A stretch of DNA of 64,000 bases from Chitinophagales bacterium (GCA_039811145.1 JBDHYB010000005.1:12299-76298); one strand, 5' to 3'; shown: positions 35,571 to 46,315, counted from the first letter of the stretch. Translations and numbers: made by a program. The notes: generated by a model not told the origin, from the sequence alone.

Positions 35571-37181
35571 CTACTTAGTATATTTTTCATCATCAGGCGC
35601 CCAGCGGCTATGTATTGGGGAGAATAATCGGCTCCAGCGTATTTTCTTTATACCGCTTCCACTTGAGTTCCAACTCATCCATATAAACCAGGCCTTGCCA
35701 ACAATATGATCTTCGGGAACAAAACCCCAATAGCGGCTATCCTGCGAGTTATGGCGGTTATCACCCATCATCCAGTAATAATTCATGGTAAAGGTGTACG
35801 ACGTAGCCTCCTTACCATTTACATAGAACTTGCCGTTGGTGCGCTGCACATCATTACCCTCATACACACGTATAGCACGGTCGTATTGTGCATAGATAGA
35901 GTCATTAAGAGGCACTGTCCAACCGGCTTTAGGAATATAAATAGGGCCGAAGTTGTCAACGTTCCACTGGTAGTGCTTCAAATCATTCGGAAAAATATTA
36001 CCGGCTCTGTCCTGTGCCTTTCCTTTCTCATAAAACCAGGGCTGTAAGGTGCTGGTAACACCCATTGCCTTAACCTTTTCAAAGCCTTCCTGGGTTAAGC
36101 GAACCACGTAATGATCGGCAGGCAATGGTGCAATAGCAGGGTCAATATACGGTGTCATATTTTCCATACCTATTTCTTCAAACTGGGCCTCGGTAATTGT
36201 AGCGCCTTCTTTTAAAACCAATAAGTACGGCGTATACAAATTCTCAGGACGGTAAGCGGGGGCATCATTAATATACAGCACGCCATCCTTTATTTCCAGC
36301 TTATCTCCTGCCACAGCCACACAACGTTTAATATAATTCTCGCGCTTATCCACCGGCCTTGCAGCTACATGGTACGCGGGGTTCTCCCACATGCGTTGTC
36401 TTGCACTACTATAATCAATTTGGTATTGATAGGCATCGTTTCTTACCAAATCGTAATACGATGGGCCTTGATTTTCCAGCACTACTGTATCACCGGCGGG
36501 GAAGTTAAACACCACCATATCATTGCGCTTAACGGTTTGAAAGCCCGGTAAAGTTTTGTAGGGCAGTTTAATCCACTCCACGTACGACTTGGTATTTATA
36601 ATAGGAATGGTGTGATGCACAAAAGGCATTGCCAAGGGAGTATTAGGCACACGCGCGCCGTAGTGGAATTTTGAAACAAAAAGGAAATCGCCCACCAATA
36701 GGGTCTTCTCCATACTTGGGGTTGGAATCATGTAGGCTTCTGCCACAAAAATACGTATCAGTGTAGCAGCTACAACTGCAAATACAATGGCATCTGCCCA
36801 CTCGCGCACTGTGCTGCGCTGTATAGGTTTTTCGCCGGGCTTTATACCACCGGGGCCAACAAACTTTTCGTTTGCTGAAAAGCCCAGGTAAGGGATATAA
36901 ACAACCGCAAACATTACGGATGCAAAATGCTCCCAAAAACCGTAGCGTCGGAAAGCCGTACTCATTTCTGAAAGCTGGCTGGCTACATAAAACAGGTTAA
37001 CACCGGGTATAAACAGCATCCAGGTCCACCAGCGTGGCTTATCAATAATCTTCTGCCACTCCATGGAACAAAGCACAGGCACAAAGGCTTTCCAGGGCTC
37101 AACTCCAAGTTTTTTGAATATGCCGTAGGTACCCACGCGGATGCCTATCATGTACAACAGAACAATAAAAAGAAAAATCAT
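35571..37181 (-). CDS. lepB: signal peptidase I (long Bacteroidota form)
   Basis: PTPSMEKTLLVGDFLFVSK (catalytic Ser), a Lys box, and GDNRHNSQDSRYWGFVPEDHIVGKA. Confidence 0.85.
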   Translation of the reverse strand: MIFLFIVLLYMIGIRVGTYGIFKKLGVEPWKAFVPVLCSMEWQKIIDKPRWWTWMLFIPGVNLFYVASQLSEMSTAFRRYGFWEHFASVMFAVVYIPYLGFSANEKFVGPGGIKPGEKPIQRSTVREWADAIVFAVVAATLIRIFVAEAYMIPTPSMEKTLLVGDFLFVSKFHYGARVPNTPLAMPFVHHTIPIINTKSYVEWIKLPYKTLPGFQTVKRNDMVVFNFPAGDTVVLENQGPSYYDLVRNDAYQYQIDYSSARQRMWENPAYHVAARPVDKRENYIKRCVAVAGDKLEIKDGVLYINDAPAYRPENLYTPYLLVLKEGATITEAQFEEIGMENMTPYIDPAIAPLPADHYVVRLTQEGFEKVKAMGVTSTLQPWFYEKGKAQDRAGNIFPNDLKHYQWNVDNFGPIYIPKAGWTVPLNDSIYAQYDRAIRVYEGNDVQRTNGKFYVNGKEATSYTFTMNYYWMMGDNRHNSQDSRYWGFVPEDHIVGKAWFIWMSWNSSGSGIKKIRWSRLFSPIHSRWAPDDEKYTK

Positions 37182-37256
37182 ATGGTAGTTAGGTGATTGT
37201 ACGTATTAATTATAAACGAAAATAGGATTTCAACCCTCATTTTAAAGAACAGGCCC

Positions 37257-38021
37257 TTAGAGCGCCAAAAGGTCCTTCATTTCATAAACCCCCTTCTTAC
37301 CAACCATCCACAGGGCGGCCAATACAGCCCCTTCGGCAAAACCTCTGCGGCTTTTGGCTTCATGTTTAAATTCGAGCACATCAACGCCGCTGGTATAGGT
37401 AACAGTGTGTGTACCGGGTACGTCAGGTTCTCTTTTAGCAACGATTAACAAGTCGCCGGGGTTTAACTGGCCCTTGGGGTTCTTTACATCCGATTTTTCG
37501 GTAACGCCTACGCCCTCGGTAACCCATTCCATTTTGCGCTTAAGTTCAGTAATAATCACTTCCGCTGTTTTTACCGCTGTACCGCTGGGGGCATCCAGCT
37601 TTTCGGTATGGTGTATTTCCTCCATGCTAACTTCATACTGTGGCTGATTATTCATCAACCGGGCCAGGTGGCGGTTTACCTCCCAAAAAATATTTACCCC
37701 TATACTAAAGTTCGGCGAGAAAAAGAGTCCTCCCCCCTTCTCATGGCAGGCCTTGCGCACTTGCGGTAATTGCTGTAGCCAGGCAGTTGTGCCCACTACC
37801 ACCGGCACACCGGCATCAAAACAAAAATTGATATTGGCTACTGCTGATTTAGGTTGTGTAAACTCTATAGCTACATCGGCCTTCTTAAGGTTTTCAACAG
37901 TTAACTCGTGCAGGTTATCTTCTGTTATCTTCAAAACAATCTCATCGCCTTTATTCTGCTCAAGTATAACCTGTTCAATGGTTTTACCCATCTTTCCATA
38001 GCCTATTAATGCAAACTTCAT
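37257..38021 (-). CDS. dapB: 4-hydroxy-tetrahydrodipicolinate reductase
   Basis: MKFALIGYGKMGK Rossmann start, the EIHHTEKLDAPSGTA signature, and a position upstream of lepB. Confidence 0.85.
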   Translation of the reverse strand: MKFALIGYGKMGKTIEQVILEQNKGDEIVLKITEDNLHELTVENLKKADVAIEFTQPKSAVANINFCFDAGVPVVVGTTAWLQQLPQVRKACHEKGGGLFFSPNFSIGVNIFWEVNRHLARLMNNQPQYEVSMEEIHHTEKLDAPSGTAVKTAEVIITELKRKMEWVTEGVGVTEKSDVKNPKGQLNPGDLLIVAKREPDVPGTHTVTYTSGVDVLEFKHEAKSRRGFAEGAVLAALWMVGKKGVYEMKDLLAL

Positions 38022-38182
38022 TGCTTTACTTTTCGCGAATGTAAAAACTTAAGCTTTGCGCTTTATAAACACTTAACGGTATGGGTTAAATTTTGGCTTG
38101 CCCATACCCCCGAATTGCGGTAAATTTGGACTACGGACACAGGATTGTTCTACTTTAAAAATCTGACCACTAAAATAACTAT

Positions 38183-39340
38183 ATGCCTCATTACCAAACC
38201 AGAGGAAGCGTGCCCCGTAAAAGGCATACACAATTCAAAAAGCCTGACGGTGGTTTATACAGTGAACAGTTGGTTTCTACTGAAGGCTTTTCCAGCCTGT
38301 ATTCCTTAATCTACCACGTGCATCCGCCAACGCTGGTAAAATCTATTGACGAGGCAATTGATGTTAACCCTACTGTAGTAGCTCAAAAAAATATGCAGCA
38401 CCGCAGTTACCTTGGGTTTAAAATTGCAGCGGAAAACGACTTTCTGAAATCGCGCAAAGCGGTTTTGGTGAATAATGATGTGCATATTGTGCTTTCAGCA
38501 CCTAAGGAATCAACCACCAAATACTTTTATAAAAACAGCGATGCCGATGAAGTGATATTTGTGCACGAAGGCACCGGCACCCTTAAAAGCATTTATGGTG
38601 AGTTAAAGTTCAGTTACGGAGATTATATTGTTATACCACGCGGCACTATCTACCAGATTTTTTTTGATGGTGACAACAACCGCCTTTTTATAGTAGAATC
38701 TTTCAGCCCCATAGTTTACCCTAAACGGTACCGAAATGAGGTGGGGCAGCTTTTAGAACATGCCCCTTTCTGCGAGCGCGATATACGCACCCCGGAAAAG
38801 CTGGAAACACATGATGAGAAGGGCGATTTTCTTGTGTATATTAAAAAACAGGGGATGCTCTATCCTTATCACTATGCCTTGCATCCTTTTGATGCCATTG
38901 GCTGGGATGGCTATTTGTATCCTTACATATTTTCAATACACGATTACGAGCCTATAACCGGACGCCTCCACATGCCTCCGCCAATCCATCAAACATTTGA
39001 AGCGCACAATTTTGTGATTTGCTCCTTTGTGCCGCGTATGTATGATTATCACCCGCTTTCTATACCCGCACCTTACAACCATAGCAATGTAGATAGCGAT
39101 GAAGTTTTATACTACGTTGACGGTGATTTTATGAGTCGTAAACATGTGGAACGCGGGATGATAACGCTACATCCCATTGGTATTCCGCATGGGCCACACC
39201 CGGGGGCAGTAGAAAAAAGTATTGGTAAAACAGAAACCAAAGAATTAGCGGTAATGGTAGATACCTTTAAGCCTTTATGGTTAACGGACATAGCCGCTGC
39301 TATTGAAGACCCGAATTATCATAAATCGTGGGTGGAATAA
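38183..39340 (+). CDS. hmgA: homogentisate 1,2-dioxygenase
   Basis: 385 aa. The family is recognisable over the full length, and the gene is adjacent to hppD. Confidence 0.85.
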   Translation: MPHYQTRGSVPRKRHTQFKKPDGGLYSEQLVSTEGFSSLYSLIYHVHPPTLVKSIDEAIDVNPTVVAQKNMQHRSYLGFKIAAENDFLKSRKAVLVNNDVHIVLSAPKESTTKYFYKNSDADEVIFVHEGTGTLKSIYGELKFSYGDYIVIPRGTIYQIFFDGDNNRLFIVESFSPIVYPKRYRNEVGQLLEHAPFCERDIRTPEKLETHDEKGDFLVYIKKQGMLYPYHYALHPFDAIGWDGYLYPYIFSIHDYEPITGRLHMPPPIHQTFEAHNFVICSFVPRMYDYHPLSIPAPYNHSNVDSDEVLYYVDGDFMSRKHVERGMITLHPIGIPHGPHPGAVEKSIGKTETKELAVMVDTFKPLWLTDIAAAIEDPNYHKSWVE

Positions 39341-39382
39341 ATCACTTCGCGCATTAATACATCAACACTTTAATACATTATA

Positions 39383-40513
39383 ATGGAGACTACAACTTTA
39401 AAAGAGCCTAAAAGCCAAATAACAGAAGACTTTCTTCCGCTAAATGGCACTGATCATATTGAATTTTATTGCGGCAATGCCAAACAAAGCGCTTACTACT
39501 ATCAAAGCGCATGGGGTTATGAGCTAATAGCTTACGCAGGCCCTGAAACAGGCGTACGCGATAAGGCAAGCTACGTATTACAACAAGGCAAAATCCGTTT
39601 GGTGCTTACAACAGCTATGAGTGCCGAGCACGAGGTTTCTCAACACCAGCTTAAGCATGGTGATGGTGTTAAGGTATTAGCGCTTTGGGTGGATGATGCA
39701 GCTAAAAGCTTTGAGGAAACCACAAAGCGGGGCGCTAAAGCGGTAATGCAACCCACCACGCTAAAGGATGAAAACGGTGAGGTGGTTATCTCAGCCATAC
39801 AAACCTATGGTGATACCATACATAAGTTTGTGGAGCGCAAAAACTATAAGGGAGTGTTCCTTCCCGGCTTTCAGCCACGCAAATCGGGTGTTCCGGTTAA
39901 ATCAGTTGGCCTTAAGCATGTTGACCATTGCGTAGGTAATGTTGAACTGGGCAGAATGAATGAGTGGGTGAAATTTTACGAAGATGTAATGGGCTTTAAA
40001 CTGCTGCTTACCTTCGATGACAAGGATATCTCTACGGAATACTCTGCATTAATGAGCAAAGTAGTTAGCAATGGGACTGGCTACGTAAAGTTCCCAATTA
40101 ACGAGCCGGCCGAAGGCAAGAAGAAATCACAGATTGAAGAATACATTGAGTTTTATAAGGGGGCGGGCTGTCAGCATATAGCCATTGCTACCGATGATAT
40201 TATTGCAACCGTAACGGAATTACGTGCCCGTGGTATTGAATTTCTTTACGTACCTGATAATTACTATGAAGAAGTTTGGCAGCGTGTAGGCAAGATTAAT
40301 GAAGATGTAGAAGCAGTAAAACGCTTGAATATATTGGTTGACCGTGACGATGAAGGCTACCTGTTGCAATTGTTTACTAAACCCGTGCAGGACCGCCCAA
40401 CCGTATTTTTTGAAATAATACAGCGTTGCGGCGCTAAAAGCTTTGGCAAAGGCAACTTCAAAGCCTTGTTTGAAGCAATTGAACGCGAACAGGAACTTCG
40501 CGGCAACTTATAA
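39383..40513 (+). CDS. hppD: 4-hydroxyphenylpyruvate dioxygenase
   Basis: Two VOC modules and the C-terminal FFEIIQRCGAKSFGKGNFKALFEAIEREQELRGNL signature. Confidence 0.9.
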   Translation: METTTLKEPKSQITEDFLPLNGTDHIEFYCGNAKQSAYYYQSAWGYELIAYAGPETGVRDKASYVLQQGKIRLVLTTAMSAEHEVSQHQLKHGDGVKVLALWVDDAAKSFEETTKRGAKAVMQPTTLKDENGEVVISAIQTYGDTIHKFVERKNYKGVFLPGFQPRKSGVPVKSVGLKHVDHCVGNVELGRMNEWVKFYEDVMGFKLLLTFDDKDISTEYSALMSKVVSNGTGYVKFPINEPAEGKKKSQIEEYIEFYKGAGCQHIAIATDDIIATVTELRARGIEFLYVPDNYYEEVWQRVGKINEDVEAVKRLNILVDRDDEGYLLQLFTKPVQDRPTVFFEIIQRCGAKSFGKGNFKALFEAIEREQELRGNL

Positions 40514-40518
40514 TAAGC

Positions 40519-41646
40519 GTGAAAAAAAACTCTCCACTGATAAAAGCAGGATTGGCTATTACGGCAGTCCTGCTTTCGCTTTTATTGGCAGAGATTGGGC
40601 TTAGGCTATCGGCTAAGAGCTCCCTATCGTATTATGTTTGGCAACCCAACCTCAGGCACACCTTTACGCCTGATTCAACTATTATAAAAGGTATTAGCGG
40701 ACCACAACAATTTACCATCAACCGCGATGGGATGCGTGGCAATTTGTTTAGCGCCAACACCAGAAACTATCTGTGCATTGGAGGCAGCACCACTGAATGC
40801 CTTTACCTGGATGACCAAAAAACATGGTGGGCCATTCTGCAGCAAATACTGCGACAACAAGGTAAGGCAATAACCATTGCAAGTATCGGCAAAAGCGGAA
40901 CCACCAGCCGGGAAAATTACATGCACCTTAAATGTTTCGCAGGGCAGTTACCGCAATTGAATGGCGTCATTATTATGGTTGGGCTTAACGATCTGTACCG
41001 CAGGCTTAACCGCGATACACTGTTTGAAAACAACTTCAGGTTTACTGAGGCAATTGAGGACTCCATGCGACAAACCATTTTTCTTAATAGCGAAAGCGCC
41101 CACGGCTGGCGCAGCCTTGCATTGGTTAAGCTGTTCAAAAATGCTTTACAACAAAACAAGGGTGTAAAATGGCAGTTGCAGGACGATAACGGCCAATACA
41201 TAAAAGCATTAAGGCAACAACGCTGCCGTGCACCTCTTATAGATTCTCTCCCACCCATGCAAAATGCGCTGGACGAATTTGAGCGCAACCTGGATAGCAT
41301 GATAGCCTTTTCGGCCCGACAAAACATCAAACTCATTTTTGTAACTCAATCGGCCCTTTACCACCCGGCTATGGACAGCTTCGAACTAAACTTGTTATGG
41401 ATGGGCGGCAAAAACGATTTTCAGAATAATCCTTCAGCCACTTATTACTCTCCTTCTGCTTTGGCGCAAGGCATTGCATTGTATAACAACAAGCTTAAAG
41501 AAGTTTGCAAGCGTAGAAGTATTCAGCTAATAGATTTAGATGCAGATTTGCCACGTAGTACAGCGGTGTTTTACGACGATTGCCACTTTAATGAACGCGG
41601 TGCGCAAAAGGTGGCGGAGATTATTGCTGCTCACTTCCCTGAATAG
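40519..41646 (+). CDS. SGNH/GDSL-like hydrolase family protein
   Basis: GTG start and an N-terminal TM helix. It has a GGSTTEC block I-like motif, GLNDL block III and DDCHFNERG (DxxH) block V. Confidence 0.55.
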   Translation: MKKNSPLIKAGLAITAVLLSLLLAEIGLRLSAKSSLSYYVWQPNLRHTFTPDSTIIKGISGPQQFTINRDGMRGNLFSANTRNYLCIGGSTTECLYLDDQKTWWAILQQILRQQGKAITIASIGKSGTTSRENYMHLKCFAGQLPQLNGVIIMVGLNDLYRRLNRDTLFENNFRFTEAIEDSMRQTIFLNSESAHGWRSLALVKLFKNALQQNKGVKWQLQDDNGQYIKALRQQRCRAPLIDSLPPMQNALDEFERNLDSMIAFSARQNIKLIFVTQSALYHPAMDSFELNLLWMGGKNDFQNNPSATYYSPSALAQGIALYNNKLKEVCKRRSIQLIDLDADLPRSTAVFYDDCHFNERGAQKVAEIIAAHFPE

Positions 41647-41704
41647 TGGTTTGTATTTCTCTTTATTCTTTGCAACCTTAGTAGCTACATACAAACAATA
41701 ACCT

Positions 41705-42403
41705 ATGGAAGAAAAATCCTTCCTTTCAATAAAAAGCTGGGCTGAAGAAGACAGGCCGCGTGAAAAGTTACTGCTGAAAGGTAAATCTTCACTTAGCGAT
41801 GCCGAGTTGCTGGCTATTCTGTTGCGCACAGGCACCAAGGGCCATTCCGCGCTTGATATTTCCAAGCACTTATTAGCTGCGGTAAACAACAACCTTAATG
41901 AACTGGGAAAGCTGAGTGTAAGTGAACTAAAGAAAATGCAGAAGGGCTTGGGCGATACCAAGTCCATCACTATTGTTGCTGCGCTGGAGTTGGGCAAACG
42001 CCGGCAAGCCAGTGATATACGCGAGAAACCCCAGATACGAAGCAGTAAAGATTCTTTTGATTACATCTACCCCGAAATTGCCGACCTGCCTCACGAAGAA
42101 TTTTATGTTATCTACCTTAATAAAGCTAACCGGGTTATCGGTCATAAACACATTAGCGCCGGTGGAGTATCAGGCACTGTGGCGGACATTAAGATAATTC
42201 TGAAGCACGCCTTGGAATGCCTCGCTTCCTCCATTATAGCCGTTCACAACCACCCATCGGGTAATTTAAAAGCCAGCGAGGCTGATATTAAACTTACCCG
42301 CAAATTAAAAGATGCCGCCGCACTTATTGACGTGGTAGTGCTGGACCACCTTATAATTGGAGATAAGGCCTATTACAGCTTTGCCGATAGCGGTTCACTT
42401 TAG
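41705..42403 (+). CDS. radC: RadC-family JAB/MPN domain protein
   Basis: N-terminal HhH region (DAELLAILLRTG) and the JAMM motif HNHPSGNLKASEADIKLT. Confidence 0.85.
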   Translation: MEEKSFLSIKSWAEEDRPREKLLLKGKSSLSDAELLAILLRTGTKGHSALDISKHLLAAVNNNLNELGKLSVSELKKMQKGLGDTKSITIVAALELGKRRQASDIREKPQIRSSKDSFDYIYPEIADLPHEEFYVIYLNKANRVIGHKHISAGGVSGTVADIKIILKHALECLASSIIAVHNHPSGNLKASEADIKLTRKLKDAAALIDVVVLDHLIIGDKAYYSFADSGSL

Positions 42404-42433
42404 TAAATACGCCTAAGGTTTTACCAAAATAAA

Positions 42434-42463
42434 AAGCCCCCCGAAAACCGGAGGGCTTTTTTG
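42434..42463. terminator. bidirectional rho-independent terminator
   Basis: GCCC-C-CCG / CGG-A-GGGC stem flanked by an A-run and a T-run, between convergent genes. Confidence 0.65.
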
Positions 42464-42480
42464 ATTTTTACGGAACCCAA

Positions 42481-44517
42481 TTATTTGCTTACAACAAAGC
42501 GTAATGTGTTTACCACTTTGTTGCCATCTTTTACTGATACGAAGTAAACTCCGTTTTCGAAAGATGAAGTATTGATAGTGGTTCTGAAATTGCCACGGCC
42601 AAAGTTAGCAGGTGCAATGCTGTGTACGTTCTGGCCTAAAACGTTGAATACTTCAAAGCTAAGCTTAGAATCGTTGCCTACAGTATAGTCAACATTAACA
42701 ACGTTTGAAGCAGGGTTAGGATACAGGCTGATGTTACCTACGTTTGCAACTTCAGCAATACCGTTACCGCCATAAATTGAAGGCGTTGCATTTTGAGAAA
42801 CAGTGCCGTTTAATGGAACTTCGATAGAGTTCATTACTTCGTTCTTACCTGATTTTGCATTTGAATTATACTCGTGTACAAAAGCAACTAAATGAACGTG
42901 GCTGTCGTTCCAGCCAGCAGGTAAAGTATAGGTATATGTTTTGCTGTATTCAGCGCCGTCGCCCGTGGTGGTAGGTATAACGCCGGTTGAGCCCCATGCG
43001 CCGCCCATAAAGTTACGCACCAGGTGGTTATGAATGTAACCGCCAATGCCCCATGTACCGCTACCAAGGTTGGTAGTACCAACACCTAACCAAGGGTTAA
43101 GGGTAGTTGGTGAGGTGTAGTAATAGCTATGCTGGTCGTAAGAAGAACCACCGGTTACGCTGTCCTCTACAATGTAACAGTTGATACGGAAAGTGCCGTT
43201 AAGCGCAGCGTAGAATTTAGCAGTAACGGTTACGCTCAGTTCGCGGCTGGTGCTGTTGTATGTATTAGTGCAGGCTACAGTAACAGGAACAATGTCATCT
43301 TCTCTTGCGATAGTAGCATCTTTCCATGAATTAGCAGTAGTACCCATACCTTGTACGCCAATAGCCAGGTCATCTTCACCTTCGTAGTAAACGCGGTCGA
43401 TACAAGCTGTAGGAGCAGCAGAAGTAAAGGCAGCAGCCAATGTACTGTGCTCAGTTATAGTCATTACGTCTGTTCCGAAACCGGCATGTAAAGCAACCGG
43501 AATAGCTTTTGACCCTTCAGAAGCTTCAATTTCCTGAATACGGGTTGCACCACCAGGGCAGTAGCCACATGGCACAGTTGTAAATTCTTCAATCATCACG
43601 TTTTTATCAGGTATTGCGCTAAGGGCAATGATGTCACCCGCTTTTGCGTTATCAGCAGTGTTACCATCAGTACCACCGTTAGGGCCCGATGCGCTAACGT
43701 TAAGTGCATACAACTGTGCAGTTGGCATAGCAACCGCCTGCGTAAATTGGAAAGGATAAGTAGCAAAAGGCTGAATGTTTACACCGTTAAAGCTTTGAGA
43801 AACTGTACCACCGCCGTTTACGGTGTAGGTAAGGTCAAACGAAGTGATAGGAGTTGAACCCTGGTTGCTTACCACACCACTGATGAACTGATCGCTAAGG
43901 CCTACATATTTAGGCAGGTTCAATTTGTCAACAGCAATGTCTAAAGCAGCAGGCTCATAAATTTTAATATCATCAACAGCCCACCAGTAGTCGTAGTTGC
44001 CCTGGTAGTTAAACTTCAGGTAAACAGTTGCCTGGTTAGCTGCATATGCAGTAAGATCTACCGTAACAACTTCAGGATTATCTGAACTGTTAGTAACCTG
44101 GTAAACCTGTGTCCAGCTTGTACCATTGGTACTAATTGATACAGTTCCTGAACTTGAAGCATATTGTTGAAAGTATTGTTGGAATTGCAGAGCTACGTGA
44201 GAGTTTGCCGAGCAATCAATTGCGCCGGTAATCAAATCAGCATTTTCTGCCTTGTTATCGTTGCCAAGAGCATCTGAATCGAAAATGTAAAAACCATTGG
44301 CAGCCGTAGCTGAAGCAAAGCCATGCGCACTGGTTTTGCGCTGCCATGTTCCGCCACCTACGCCCGATTGGTCAACGTTTTGCCAACCAGAGGGAAGGCC
44401 CGCTGTACCGAAGTTTTGCGTGTAAATAGTGGTTTGCGCATCAAGTGCCAAAGCCGCTAACACTGCAATAGCAAGTGTAAATTTTTTCATGTCTTTTAAA
44501 TTGGGTTTAAAAATCAA
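42481..44517 (-). CDS. T9SS type A cargo: MAM/choice-of-anchor-J-like N-domain + Omp28-related region + Por secretion tail
   Basis: 678 aa with a signal peptide. It has GWQNVDQSGVGGGTWQ...WWAVDDIKIYE, then EEFTTVPCGYCPGG, and the C-terminus LYPNPASNVVNV...GVYFVSVKDGNKVVNTLRFVVSK. Confidence 0.7.
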   Translation of the reverse strand: MIFKPNLKDMKKFTLAIAVLAALALDAQTTIYTQNFGTAGLPSGWQNVDQSGVGGGTWQRKTSAHGFASATAANGFYIFDSDALGNDNKAENADLITGAIDCSANSHVALQFQQYFQQYASSSGTVSISTNGTSWTQVYQVTNSSDNPEVVTVDLTAYAANQATVYLKFNYQGNYDYWWAVDDIKIYEPAALDIAVDKLNLPKYVGLSDQFISGVVSNQGSTPITSFDLTYTVNGGGTVSQSFNGVNIQPFATYPFQFTQAVAMPTAQLYALNVSASGPNGGTDGNTADNAKAGDIIALSAIPDKNVMIEEFTTVPCGYCPGGATRIQEIEASEGSKAIPVALHAGFGTDVMTITEHSTLAAAFTSAAPTACIDRVYYEGEDDLAIGVQGMGTTANSWKDATIAREDDIVPVTVACTNTYNSTSRELSVTVTAKFYAALNGTFRINCYIVEDSVTGGSSYDQHSYYYTSPTTLNPWLGVGTTNLGSGTWGIGGYIHNHLVRNFMGGAWGSTGVIPTTTGDGAEYSKTYTYTLPAGWNDSHVHLVAFVHEYNSNAKSGKNEVMNSIEVPLNGTVSQNATPSIYGGNGIAEVANVGNISLYPNPASNVVNVDYTVGNDSKLSFEVFNVLGQNVHSIAPANFGRGNFRTTINTSSFENGVYFVSVKDGNKVVNTLRFVVSK

Positions 44518-44633
44518 GAAGTGAAGATAAAAGGTAATTTGGGAAATTCACAAGCCTGCGGTAACGAAAAAAAAGAACTTGTTAATACCCCCTCACTATC
44601 CTATCTTCGTCTATTATTGACCAAAACAAAACT

Positions 44634-45359
44634 ATGCGCCTTTTAGCTTTACCAATTGTATTATTCCTTGGTTTTATTGCACAAATTGCTCAGGCTCAAG
44701 CAGTAGTAGTTTCCCCTAACGACTCTGCTTCTGTATCGGCTACCATCTCTGATGAGTACACGCCTGCTGAGGTGCACATCCACGTTATTAACAATGCCAA
44801 CTTCCAACAGGCTATTAACTGGAAGATGGTGAACGTAAACCTGCCAAGCCAAAACTGGGAAGCCAAGCTTTGCGACAATGTTAACTGCTATGATTTATTG
44901 ATAAATGCCGGCCCTTATACCTCGGCTTACATCCCTGCACACGATTCAATGGATACCAAATTCCAGTTTACCGCGCATTGCATAGATGGCACCGCTGATT
45001 GTAACGTAGTTTTCTTTATTGATGGCGACAGCGCTAATACAGCTGTGGTGGTAAACTACAAGGCAACCATAACCAACAACTGTAATACAGGCATTAATGA
45101 AGTAGGCAATACCAGCCTGCACGTTTATCCTAACCCGGTTAAAAACAGTTTTACCGTAAAGGGTATTGAAACTGCCGGCAATCTGTCGTTTGAAGTTTAC
45201 GACCTTCAGGGCCGCCTTGCTAAATCAGATGTTATTTCAGCGTCTTCAAGCGAAATTGAAATATCAATTGCTACGCTTAGCCCGGGCGCATACATACTTA
45301 AAGCCATTAACCAAAATGGCAAAGTAGTTGCCACCTCGCAGCTTAACAAAATAGATTAA
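44634..45359 (+). CDS. small T9SS type A cargo, otherwise hypothetical
   Basis: 241 aa with a signal peptide. The C-terminus reads LHVYPNPVKNSFTV...PGAYILKAINQNGKVVATSQLNKID. Confidence 0.7.
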   Translation: MRLLALPIVLFLGFIAQIAQAQAVVVSPNDSASVSATISDEYTPAEVHIHVINNANFQQAINWKMVNVNLPSQNWEAKLCDNVNCYDLLINAGPYTSAYIPAHDSMDTKFQFTAHCIDGTADCNVVFFIDGDSANTAVVVNYKATITNNCNTGINEVGNTSLHVYPNPVKNSFTVKGIETAGNLSFEVYDLQGRLAKSDVISASSSEIEISIATLSPGAYILKAINQNGKVVATSQLNKID

Positions 45360-45379
45360 TCAATAAACTTACTTATAAG

Positions 45380-45406
45380 AAAAAGGCCCCGGAGGGCCTT
45401 TTTTTA
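45380..45406. terminator. bidirectional rho-independent terminator
   Basis: AAGGCCC / GGGCCTT stem with a CGGA loop, flanked by A5 and T7, between convergent genes. Confidence 0.75.
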
Positions 45407-45421
45407 TTTTGTGCATGGTGG

Positions 45422-46315
45422 TTAGTTGTTTCCTGTAACAAAGGCTTCGTAAGCCTGTTTTACAGCTTCGTTTTGCGGTTCCAGTTTTATAGCTTCAGTA
45501 AAACACTTCTCAGCGCGCGCATAAATACCTTTGTCTGTATAAAAGCCGGCCTCAATTACCTTGTTCATTCCTTTTGAAAAGGACAATGATTGCAATAGCT
45601 CTTTATGCTGAAAGGCGATACTCTTTTTCTCGCCTGCACTTGCCAGCGTAAAGCTTCCTGTAATGCAGTTATTTCTTGTTCTGGACTCCGCCTTCCAGTA
45701 ATACACCTGCCCCGCCGTAAAGCCTTTTACCACTACAGTTGTTGTTGTATCACGTATTTCGCGAACAACCATTTGCTTCTCCAATAAAGAATCAGCAAAC
45801 ACAATAAAGGTGTAATCTTTAACTGCCGAAAAATTTTTCCAGGTAAAAGTTACTGCGCTGTCCACTACTAACTCGCCGTAATGCGGTTGCAGGTAACAGC
45901 TTTCGCCATGGCCACGTGAAACACCGCCCAGGTTTTTAAGGTTACTTTTATAATCTTCTTCAACGTCGCTATGATGATGCGTTACCTGGCCTGCTACATA
46001 TTTTAAATAATAGGCGGCGAAGCTCTGCTCGTTTTGCGCACTCTTTAAACTTTCAAAATCAGTAACGGAATAACTACCGGGCTTTTTAAGGTAAACCACT
46101 TCGCCTTTAGGGCCGCTGTAAACTGCTTCGCTTTTATCTTCCAGCTTTACTGTTTCGTTAGCAGCAAGAGTGCTACCGATACGGTTTTGTTGTATCCACA
46201 ACTTCTTATCAGTAGATGTTTGCACCACCCCTTTAAAATAAACGAGTGTATACCGGCTTTGCGCCCCGCAAAAAGTAACGGCCAGTAAAAAAATGGCCGA
46301 AAGAAACCTTCTCAT
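45422..46315 (-). CDS. exported protein with a FecR-like N-terminal beta domain (tentative) and a TPR-like C-terminus
   Basis: 297 aa with a signal peptide. YFKGVVQTSTDKKLWIQQNRIGSTLAANETVKLEDKSEAVYSGPKGEVVYLKKPGSYSV resembles the FecR sensor domain pattern. Its start overlaps the CHASE2 stop (TAATG). Confidence 0.5.
   Translation of the reverse strand: MRRFLSAIFLLAVTFCGAQSRYTLVYFKGVVQTSTDKKLWIQQNRIGSTLAANETVKLEDKSEAVYSGPKGEVVYLKKPGSYSVTDFESLKSAQNEQSFAAYYLKYVAGQVTHHHSDVEEDYKSNLKNLGGVSRGHGESCYLQPHYGELVVDSAVTFTWKNFSAVKDYTFIVFADSLLEKQMVVREIRDTTTTVVVKGFTAGQVYYWKAESRTRNNCITGSFTLASAGEKKSIAFQHKELLQSLSFSKGMNKVIEAGFYTDKGIYARAEKCFTEAIKLEPQNEAVKQAYEAFVTGNN

Noticed and set aside
40917-41997. Minus-strand ORFs of 139 and 153 aa overlapping the SGNH hydrolase and radC genes.
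   Set aside because: They are antisense to CDS with recognisable catalytic motifs. They are Ser/Leu/Cys-rich shadow frames.
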